From Bacteroidales bacterium (GTDB lineage: Bacteria > Bacteroidota > Bacteroidia > Bacteroidales > PXBB01), in NCBI GenBank assembly GCA_028698995.1, contig JAQVVM010000001.1:39200-103199 (forward strand): 64,000 bases of DNA, written 5' to 3'. Position 1 is the stretch's first letter, and each line of letters begins with the position of its first letter. A program made the position numbers and the translations under genes. Under the pieces are notes generated by a model. That model was not told the DNA's origin and made no database searches. It saw only the letters and a list, made by a program, of their open reading frames with translations. Below are positions 31,001 through 43,000 of this stretch, one piece after another.

Positions 31001-34000
31001 AAATACAATTCAAATCAGACAAAATTGTGATGGAAGCGGTTGTGGTTTTTCTTCTACTTCTGCTTACTCATGGACAGTTGTTGCTCAACCAGCTGCCCCA
31101 ACTACGGCAACAAAATCTCCTGATGTTGTTAATGTATGCGCTGGTACTACACTTACTTTTAGCGGTGCTGCCAGTGGTGGTGATGCAGGTGTGGGTTGTA
31201 CTATTGAATACCAGTATTCAACTGATGGCACAAACTATACAGGAACAGGTTCATCAGTACCTTCCTTTGCCGCTGTTACCGGAACTAACACTATTCAGGC
31301 TCGCAGATCTGGTTGTACTGCCGGAGCTGGTTGTACAACATCGGGATGGAATACGGTTGCAACTTGGACAGTAAGTGCGCAACCCAATGCACCTACTGCT
31401 ACAAAGTCTCCAGTTGACGCTGTAGTGTGTGCAGGACAAACCCTTACTTTAACCGGTGTAACTGATAATGGTGGTGGTACTGGTACTTGCAATATTGAGT
31501 ACAGACATAGCACAAATAACGGCGGTACTTGGACAGCATGGTCAACCACTCCCTCTAGTTTTACTTCAGTCGTAGGAACTAACCTTATAGAAATCCGAAA
31601 GAACTGTAACGGTTCTGGATGTACTTACTCCCTTACTTCACAGTATTCATGGTCAGTAGTTGCCCAACCTTCTGTGCCTACGGCTACAAAATCTCCTGCC
31701 GTAACAAATGTGTGTTCCGGTCAGACACTAACATTGACATCACCGACTGGTACAGGTGGTACAGGAACCTGCAATTTTGAGTATCAACATAATACAGGAA
31801 GTGGATATTCAGCTTGGAGTACTACTGTTTCCAGTTTTGCTGCTGTAACAGGCACTAACTATATACGCATACGAAGGGCTTGTTCGGGAAGCGGATGTAA
31901 TCCTTCAAACTATACTGAATATTCCTGGACAGTTGCTGCCCAACCATCAATAACTTTAACAGGATCTAATCAGACAATTTGTGCAAGTGGTTCTGTTACT
32001 GGTTTTACAGCTACTATTTCAAATGGAACAGGTTGCGGATATCAGTGGCAAAGCAGTAACGATGGTGTCGCATGGTCGAATATTGGAGGTGCTACAACTT
32101 CTGCTTATACACCTTCAGGAGTAACAAAAACAACTTTCTACCGATGTGTAACCATAAGTTGTGGAACCGGTTGTTCTCAGGCTACTTCTCCGGTTAGAAT
32201 TGTTACTGTAACTTCTGTGCCTACTGCTGTTTTAACTCATCCCAGTCCTTCTTCTCAAACAGTTTGTGAGGGTGCTAATGTGAGCTATAGTGCTCAGGCT
32301 GATATGGGTTCTGGAACTAAACGTTACAGGGTTGTCTTTACTTCTGCTCATGGTACTGGTTGGCACGGTGTTCAGGAAATTTTGGGATACAATTCAGCCG
32401 GATCTTTGCAGGCACTTTCTTGTATTACTGCCTCTTCTGCTACTTATACGGACGATTTGTGTAACTATGCGTCTTATGGAGCTGCAAATGCTTTTGATGG
32501 TGTTTACAATTCCGCTAATTCATCAGGAGATCAATGGCTTACCCCAAAAAATAATACATCTCCAAACACCAATTGGCAAAACTATAATACTGTTAATCCT
32601 TTCTTTTCTCCTGAATGGGTTGAATTCAGTGCTCCTCAACCACTGAGCGAAATATGGATATATAATGGCAGGTATGCATCAGGAACAAGTACTACATGCT
32701 ACAAGGATTATTACATACTTATAAGCCATGATAATGGAACTTCTTGGTATAAAGTTAAAGAAGGTGCCATGACAAATGTTCAAGGATTTGACGGCAACAA
32801 TAATAAGTTTGTAATTGAACCAACTTATACATGGAAAAAGGGTGCAGCAACTGTAGGTAGTGGAAAAACTCTTGATTTGAACTCTGTAACACTTGCAAGC
32901 GCAGGAAATTATAATGTGGAATTGACTTATGGTTGTGGAACACCAACAAGCTCAAATTCAGCAACTTTATCAGTTGTTGTCCAACCATCAGCACCTACTG
33001 CAACAAAATCCCCTGTTGACGCTTCAGTTTGTGCCGGTCAAACACTAACTCTTACAGGTGTTACCGATAATGGAGGTGGTGCAGGTACATGTAATATTGA
33101 ATACAGACATAGCACAAATGGTGGTGCTAACTGGACAGCCTGGTCAACAACACCTTCAAGTTTTGCTGGTGTTGCAGGCACAAATCTCATTGAAATACGT
33201 AAACTTTGCAGTGGTTCCGGATGCACTGTTTCATCAAGTAATCAGTATTCATGGAACGTAACACCTCAACCATCAGTGCCAACTGCTACCAAATCACCCG
33301 ATGTCACAAATGTTTGTGCAGGTCAAATGTTGACGCTGATTAATCCCACAAGCACAGGAGGCACAGGTACTTGTACTTATGAATACCAACACAGTACAAA
33401 TGGTGGTACTAACTGGACAAGTTGGTCAACAACTGTTTCAAATTTTGCTGCTGTAGCCGGGTCAAATCTGATTCGTATCCGAAGAGTATGTAATGGTACT
33501 GGTTGTAATACTACTACTTATAATGAATACTCATGGACTGTTTCTGCACAACCTGCAGCTCCTACTGCTACCAAATCACCTGTTGATGCTACTGTTTGTG
33601 CCGGTCAGACACTTACTCTTTCAGGTGTTACAGATAATGGCGGCGGTACTGGTACTTGCAGTATTGAATATCGTCACAGTACTAATAATGGAGGAACTTG
33701 GACATCATGGTCGGGTACTCCTTCAAGTTTTACATCTGTTTCAGGTACTAACCTAATTGAAATTAGAAAAACATGTTCTGGAGCAGGTTGCAATGTATCT
33801 TCAAGCTCATCCTATTCATGGACAGTTGTGGATCAGCCTTCTGTACCAACTGCTACCAAATCCCCTGCTGTTACAGATGTTTGTGCTGGACAAACATTGA
33901 CACTTATTAATCCTAGCAGTACAGGAGGCACAGGTACATGTAATTATGAGTATCAACATAACACTGGAAGTGGATATACAACATGGAGTACTACTGTTTC

Positions 34001-37000
34001 AAGTTTTGCAGCTGTAGTCGGAACCAATTATATCCGAATCCGTAGGGTTTGTTCAGGCTCAGGTTGTAACACAACAAACTATTCGGAATATTCATGGACA
34101 GTTACTGCTCAGCCTGCTGCACCAACAGCAACTAAATCACCAAATCTGGGAACTGTATGTTCTGGAACTACTTTATCTCTGTCAGGTGTAACGGATAATG
34201 GCGGTGGTACAGGGACTTGTGCAATTGAATATCGACATAGCACAAACAATGGCGGTACATGGACATCCTGGTCCGCAACACCTTCAAGTTTTGCTGCTGT
34301 AACAGGAACAAATTTGATTCAAATTCGTAAATCATGTACAGGTACAGGTTGTAGTGTTTCATCATCATCCTCCTATTCATGGACTGTTGTAGCACAACCA
34401 TCTTCTCCTAATACCGCTACAAAATCACCAGATGTAGCAACTGTTTGTTCAGGTGCAACACTTACTCTAAGCGGTGCCGCCAGTGGTGGTAATGCAGGTG
34501 TTGGCTGCTCAATTGAATATCAATATTCAACAGATGGTACTAACTATACAGGAACCGGAACGTCAGTTCCTTCATTTACTGCTGTTACTGGTACCAATAC
34601 CATTCAGGCTCGAAGGTCGGGTTGTACAGCCGGTACCGGATGTAGTACTTCAGCATGGAATACTGTAGCCACTTGGACCGTTGTTGCACAACCTGCAACA
34701 CCTACTGCTACTAAATCTCCAAATGTTGCTTCTGTTTGTGAAGGTCAAACACTTACTTTAACTGGTGTTACCGATAATGGTGGAGGTACTGGTACTTGTA
34801 ATATTGAATACAGACACAGCACAAATAATGGCGGTTTGTGGACAAGTTGGTCAACATCTCCATCTTCATTTGCAGCGGTTGCAGGAATAAATTTAATCGA
34901 AATTCGTAAAAATTGTAGTGGTGCAGCTTGTAATGTGTCTTCTACTTCTCAATATTCATGGACAGTGGAAGTTCAACCTGTAACTCCTACTGCTACAAAA
35001 TCACCGGATGTTTCAAATGTTTGTGCAGGTCAGACTCTTACACTTATAAATCCAACAGGAAGCTCTGGTGGTACAGGTGTTTGTAATTATGAATATCAAC
35101 ATAGTACTGGAGGTGCATATTCATCTTGGAGTACAACTGTATCCAGTTTTGCCGCAGTGGCTGGTACAAATTATATCCGAATCCGTAGGGCATGTTCCGG
35201 ATCCGGTTGTAATGCCTCTGGCTATACAGAATATTCATGGACAGTTGGTCAACAACCTTCTGTTACTGTTCATCCTATAGGTGCAAGTATTTGTTATGGT
35301 GAAACTCACAGCATGAGTGTTACAGCTACAGGTGGTTCTCCTACTCTTAGCTATCAGTGGCAATCTTCAACGGATAATGCTACATGGACTAATATTGGAG
35401 GTGCAACTACCTCAACTTATACAACACCTGTGCTATATAGTTCTGTTTATTACAGAACTCATCTTTCGTCAGGTGGAGGTGGTTGTAGTAGTATCAGTAC
35501 TAATAGTGCACAAGTTGTAGTTTATGGAGATCTTACTGCTGGTAGTATTGGTTATGATCAAACTATATGTAACAATACTGCTCCGGCTCCATTTGAATCT
35601 TTATCTTTACCAACAGGTGGTGTTGGTAGTTCTGATGCTTACAATACTGTTACCATCGGAAGTCAGACTTGGATGCAAAATAATCTGAGTAACGCAAGGT
35701 ATAACGATGGAGTTTCTATTGGTAGCGATTTTTCAGGAACATCTGGTGCTTATGCATGGTATAACAATGATTCTGTTACGTATTCTGCTACATATGGCGC
35801 TTTGTATAACTGGTATGCAGTAAATTCCGGTAAATTATGTCAGGCGGGATGGCATGTGCCTACGGGTGCTGAATGGACAACTCTAGCCACATATTTAGGA
35901 GGTGAGGCCATTACCGGTGGAAAACTAAAGGAAACAGGAACTGTTCACTGGGATAGTCCTAATACAGGAGCAACAAACGTAAGTGGATTTACTGCTTTAC
36001 CTGCAGGAAGACGTGCCACCAATGGAGCTTTTTCATCACTAAACACACAAGCAAGGTTCTGGACTGCTACTGAGTATAGTTCGCTTAATGCTTGGTATAG
36101 ACGACTTAATCATATTACTGAAAGTATTGAATATATAGATACTTGGACAGAAAAAAATGAAGGTTATTCAGTTCGTTGTATAAAGGATTCAGACCCCTAT
36201 TCATATCAATGGCAAATAGATGTGGGATGTACTGGAAACTGGTCTGATATAATAGGTGCAAATGCAGCTACTTATCAGGCTCCTGCATTAACCCAAAACA
36301 CATGCTATAAACGCCTTGTAACGTCGGGTAGTTGTGGTACTGTTGGAACAAATACCGTTACAGTTACTGTAAACACCGTGTTAAATCCAGGTGTAGTTGC
36401 AGCTGATCAGACAATTGATTATGGCGCAAATGCACAGACTCTATCAAGTACTTCTTCAGCATCCGGTGGTGTAGGTAGTTACACTTATCAGTGGCAACGT
36501 GACGTGGGTTGTTTAAATTCATGGTTAGATATCTCCGGTTCAACTTCAACCACTTATTCTCCAGGAGCACTTTACGAAACTACTTGTTACCGAAGAAAAG
36601 TTACCAACACTTGCGGTACTCTTTATTCAAATGAAATACATATTACTGTTAAAGCTCCGCTTACTGCAGGTGCTATTGCTGCTGAGCAAACTATCTGCTA
36701 CAATGCAGCTCCTGCTCAGTTTACAAATGTTGCATTACCAACTGGCGGAAACGGTACATATAGCTATCAGTGGCAGTCTTCAGCTGATAATATAAGCTGG
36801 TCTAATATCAGTGGTGCAATAAATTTGACCTATACTTCTTCTGCACTTACATCATCCTCTTATTTCAGAAGATGTGCAACGTCAGATGGTTTAGGTCCGG
36901 TATGTACAGGTGCAGAAGGAAATATTTTATGGACAGATATGGTCAATACTGCAGCTACAAAAGCAGTTGATACTATTACCCCTGCACATACAGGTCTTAT

Positions 37001-40000
37001 GACTTCTTTCTCAAACTGGATACATAATAACTGTACCCAAAGAAATGCATCAGGTAACGATTATTTCTCAATGACTGTTAATACTGCATCTGTTATTACA
37101 CCAACATTGACATTTGCTGAAAATGAACAGAAGGAACTATACTTCCAAGCTAGAACTTACGGCTCTGTAGGTGTGTATAATACAATAACTGTTTCTATCT
37201 CAACAAATAATGGTTCTTCATGGACTGTATTAGGAACAAGAGTTCCTGTTAATACCAGTTTACTAAATATGCAGGGATTTGATATCTCTGGGTACTCAGG
37301 TAATCAGATTCTTATCAAACTGGAAACACTCAGTGCTGCAAGTGGCAATGGTGTTGGTATTGATAATATTACTATAAGGAAAGTCAAAAGCTATGATTTA
37401 ACCAAAAATGCCGGTACAAATAGCCAGTGGAATGCAGGCGCTGCATCCATTCAGAAAGTTTGGGAAGGTGGCTATGCTTATACAGTTGCAGCTGAAACAA
37501 ACAGAGCAAGAATGTTCGGTTTAAGCCAGTCTAATACTGATGCTAATTACACAACTATTAAGTATGCTGTTTATTTAAATTCAAGTGCAGTGGTACAAAT
37601 TTATGAAAACGGTTCAAACAAAGGTTCATTCGGAGCCTATGCAACCGGTGATACATTGAAAGTTGCCGTAGTGGGTGGTGTTGTGAAATATTATAAGAAT
37701 GCAACACTTTTATATACAAGTTCTTTGACACCAACACTTCCTTTATTGGCAGATGTATCTCTTTACACTACAACTTCATCAACATTAAAAGTAAACAAAA
37801 TACGATCTCAGCAATCGCTTCATGTTACCGTTAATGATGAACTTGCTGCCGGACAAATCGGAACAACCCAATCTGTTTGTTATAACGAAGCACCAGCATT
37901 GTTTACTAATGTTGCAAGCCCTACAGGTGGTAATGGTACTTATACTTACCAATGGCAAAATCAAGCAGCTTGTTCAGGTGGCTGGTCAAATATATCAAGT
38001 GCTAACGCAAATACTTATCAAGCACCTGCTCTTACACAAAATATATGTTACAGAAGAGAAGTTAAATCTTGTGGTGAAACCAAATATTCCAATACTATTA
38101 CGGTATCTGTTTATGACGAAATTAATGCGTATGGATTATCCGGTACTGGAGCACAGTGCGATCCCAGCCAGACATTATATTTGGATGACAGTGATAACGG
38201 AATAACTTATGCTTTGATTTATGGTGGATCAACCGTAGCAACTGTTGCCGGTGATGGAGATTCCATAAGCTTTGGCTTCCAAACAGGAGGAGGTTTATAC
38301 TATGCAATTGGTTATAATACAACTACAAATTGTACTATTCAAATGGCCAATACTTATAATATCAGTACTTTACCTTTACCTGATGCTGCCGGTAATATAA
38401 CAGGAACAGCAACGGTTTGCCAGGGACAGAATGGCGTAAGCTATTCCATAAGTGCTGTAACCAATGCTGTTTCTTATGTTTGGACATTGCCAACAGGAGC
38501 AACTATAGCAAGCGGAGATGGTACTAACAGTATTACAGTTAATTTCTCTACTTCGGCAGTTTCAGGAAACATCTCCGTTTATGCAACCAATGATTGCGGA
38601 GATGGTGCTTCTTCTCCAAATTATGCCGTGACTCTAAACTTGTTACCTTACTTTACTGCACATCCTCAGGATGTTGGAATTTGTGAGGGTACTGATACTG
38701 CGTTTTCTGTTACTGCAAGTGGACAAGCAACTATTAATTATCAATGGCAGGTTCATAATGGAAGCTCATGGTCTAATATTACTACTGCAGGTTCCAATCC
38801 TACTTATGCAAACTGGACAACATCCACATTAGATTTAACCGGTGTGCAGAATGCAAATAATGGTTACAAATACAGGTGTGTTGCAAGCAGTACAACTTGT
38901 ACTGCCCAATCTGCTACTTCAAATGAAGCCATTCTTACTGTTCATGAGGCTCCGGATATTACCGGACAACCGGCTAACCCTTCTGTTTGTGAAAACACCA
39001 ATACTTCATTTGGTATTTCTGCTTCAGGTTATGGATCAGCTTCATTTACTTATCAATGGCAAGTTTCAACCGATGATGGAGGTTCTTGGAGTAATATTAC
39101 AACCAGTGGGTCAGACCCTGAATACGGCAGTTTTGATGAAGATACCCTCTATTTAACGGGAGTTGTTTTATCTAATGATGGGTATAAATACAGATGTCAT
39201 GTGTCAGGTGTTTGCGAACCTGCTGCTACATCAAATGCTGGTACTTTAAGTGTAAATCCTGCTCCTGTAATAACTGATCAGCCGATTCATTCAACTATTT
39301 GTGTAAGTACGAACACAACATTTGGAGTTGCTGCATCCGGATATGGAACATTAACATATCAATGGCAGGTAAGCACTGATGGTGGAAGCTCGTTTAACAA
39401 TATTACTACAGCAGGCAGTAACCCTACTTATGCTAACTGGACAACTGATTCTTTAGATGTAAATTCTGTCGTTACAGGTAATAACGATTATAGATATAGG
39501 GTGCTTGTAACAGGAAGCTGTCAGCCACCTTTGTTATCTGATTATGCTATCTTAACTGTTGAACCTTCTCCCGCTGTTTCAGATGAACCGGATGATTTAA
39601 ATATTTGCGAAGGCTTAACTGCTAATTTTAATGTTATTGCAACAGGACCGGGATTGACCTACAGGTGGCAAGTAAGTACTAATGGAGGCTCAACTTGGAC
39701 TAATGTAATCAATGGCGCGCCCTATTTCAATGCTACTACAACTGAACTTACTATTAATCCAGTGTCTTTATCTATGAATGGATATAAATATAGGGCACAT
39801 GTGATGGGTACATGCAGCCCTGCTACTAATTCAGCAGCTGCACTACTTACGGTTTATGCTGCACCGACAATAAGTAGCAATCCATCAGATAGTGTGATAT
39901 GCGAAAATACTAATGCATCCTTCAGTGTATCTGCTTCTGGTCAGGGTACTTTAGGTTATCAGTGGCAATTGAGCACAGATGGTGGTACAAACTGGATTAA

Positions 40001-43000
40001 CCTTACAAATGTGGGTGTTTACAGTAATGTTACAACTAATACTATGAATATTACAACAGCTACAGCAGGTATGAATGGATATAGATATCGTTGTGAAGTA
40101 AGTGGTGATTGTGATCCGGAAATACTTACAAATAGTGCCTTACTAACGGTCTTAACGGCACCTGTAATAACAGTAGATCCAATAAGTGATGAAGCTTGTG
40201 AGAATTCTTGGATTGATTTCACAGTTACTGCAACCGGAGCCGGTCTTAATTATCAATGGCAAGTCAGTGTCAACGGTGGTTTAGCTTGGTCAAATCTTTC
40301 TAACAGTGGTTCCTACAGTAATGTGAATACAACTACATTATCCATTAATCCTCTGGAATTAACAATGGATGATAACCAATACAGGGTTGTTGTTACAGGA
40401 ACTTGTTCTCCTTCCGAAACCTCAGATGCAGCAGTATTAACTGTTCATGCTGCTCCTGTTGTGATTACACACCCTGAAGATAGTACTATCTGTGAAAACA
40501 ATAATGCAAGTTTTTCAGTTTCTGCTACAGGTTACGGAGCTCTTGAATACCAATGGCAATCCAGCTCAGATGGTGGTTCTACATTTATCAATATACTTAA
40601 TTTAGGTCCTTATACTAATATTGATAATTCAACAATGAACATAACCAATGCACATGACAGTCTTGACGGTTATAAGTTCCGTTGTCTAGTATTTGCTAAT
40701 TGTTTGCCTGCTGATATTTCGGAAGCAGCAACATTAACTGTTCAAAATGCTCCGGTAGTAATTACAGATCCAATTTCACACAATGCTTGTGAGAATGCTT
40801 CAACAAACTTTACAGTTGTTGCTTCAGGTGTAGGGCTCAACTTCCAATGGCAAATAAGTACCAATGGAGGCTCATCGTGGAATAACCTTTCTAACAGTGG
40901 ATCCTATACCGATGTTACAACCGCAACCATGGGCATTAATCCTGTTTTGTTAGGAATGAATAATTACAAATACAGGGTTCTTGTGATGGGAACTTGTGCA
41001 CCAGATGACACTTCTGCTGCCGCTACATTAACTGTTAATCCCGCACCTACAGTAAGTGTTAATCCTTTAGATAGCACAATTTGTGAAAACACAAATGTAT
41101 CTTTCAGTGTGACAGCTTCTGGTTATGGTACTCTCGGTTATCAATGGCAATTAAGTACAAACGGTGGAACTGTTTGGAGTAATATAAGTAATGGTGGTTA
41201 TTATAGTAATGTTACAACAAATACAATGAATATAACCGGGGCTCCTCTCTCAATGAACACTTATCTTTATCGTTGTGAAGTAAGTGGTGATTGCGACCCA
41301 GCATTGGTCTCATCTGGGGCTCTATTAACAGTATTACCTGCTCCTGTAGTAACGTTGGATCCTGTGTCTCACAGTATTTGTGAAAACGATGCTACTACAT
41401 TTACAGTCGGTGCTACCGGCTCAGGCCTTACTTATCAATGGCAAATCAGTACTACTGGTAGTTCCAGTTGGAGTAATTTATCAAATAGTGGCTCTTATGA
41501 TGATGTAACTACAGCAACATTAAGTATTGATCCTGTTGAGTTGACAATGAATGCTTATCAGTACAGAGCTTTGGTTTTAGGAACTTGTTCTCCGAATGAT
41601 TTATCAAGTGCCGCTACTTTAACTGTTAATCCGGCTCCTACTGTAAGTGTTAACCCTGTTGACAGCACTATTTGTGAAAATACAAATGCTTCATTCAGTA
41701 TAACAGCCTCAGGGTACGGTACATTAGGTTACCAGTGGCAACTAAGCACTAATGGTGGTGGTGCATGGGGAAATATCTCTAATGGTGGTTATTACAGTGA
41801 TGTTTTAACCTCAACATTACATATAACAGGGGCTATCGCAAATATGGATAGCTATATGTACAGATGTGTTGTATCCGGTACCTGTACACCTCCCGAAACT
41901 TCTGACGCTGCTACTCTTACAGTATTAACTGCACCGGCTATTGTAACTCAACCACAATCTCACAACACATGCGAAAATGCACCTACAAGTTTCAGTGTTG
42001 CAGCAACAGGTTATAATTTATCCTATCAATGGCAACTTAATACAGGATCAGGTTGGGGTGATTTAAGCAATAATGCAACATACAGTGGAACCAATACAAA
42101 CTTACTTGATATCAGCAATGTAACCCTTGGTATGGATAATTATCAATATAGGGTTATTGTTTCAGGAACATGTAATCCCAAAGATACCTCAGCAACTGCT
42201 ATATTGTCTGTAGATAATGCTCCAATTGTAACACAAGATCCTGTTGATGATATTATTTGTCCACTCTCTAATACAAACCTTGAAGTTACAGCAACCGGAT
42301 ATGGTAGTTTGAATTATCAATGGCAATATAATAATAGTGGTTCATGGGAAAATGTGGCTAATGGAACACCTTCAGGTGCTACTTATACAGGCGCAACACT
42401 TAACCAGTTAAATGTCAGTGGTATATCTATTCCAGGGGTTTATCAATTCGTTTGCCTTGTTAGTGGCGATTGTAATCCTCCTGCTTATTCTGCATCGGCT
42501 GAAATTACAGTTTTAGATTATACAGAGGTAGTTGTTCAAGCTGAAAATGATACAGTATGTCAGGATTTGATGGCTACTTTTGAGATACATGCACAGGGAA
42601 CCAATTTAACTTATCAATGGCAGATTAATAATGCCGGCACATGGGAAGATGTTCCAAATGCTGTTCCATATATTGGTGTTAATTCACCTGAACTCAATAT
42701 AACCCCTGCTGCTTTAAGCATGAATGGATTTGAATATAGGGCAGTAGTTACAGGGAATTGTACCCCATATGCTGATACCTCTCAAGTTGTCACTTTAATC
42801 GTTGAGCCTGCACCTGTTGTTGATGTACAACCGGTAAATGATACCATTTGTCCTTTAGGAACCGGATTTATTGGTATTGAAGCTAGTGGTAGTGGAACAC
42901 TCACTTATCAATGGCAGTACAATGACAGTGGATCATGGGGAAATGTTTCAAATGGAACACCATCAGGTGCTACTTATACAAATACGACAAATGATACTTT

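Noticed and set aside
22039-35520. Dozens of 60-154-aa ORFs on both strands and in alternative + frames throughout the first third of the giant gene
   Set aside because: All lie inside the 35-kb frame. Their translations are low-complexity (L/Q/V/P- or R/S/C-rich) mirror images of a Thr/Ser/Gly/Ala-rich coding frame. The local composition depletes stop codons in the other frames.
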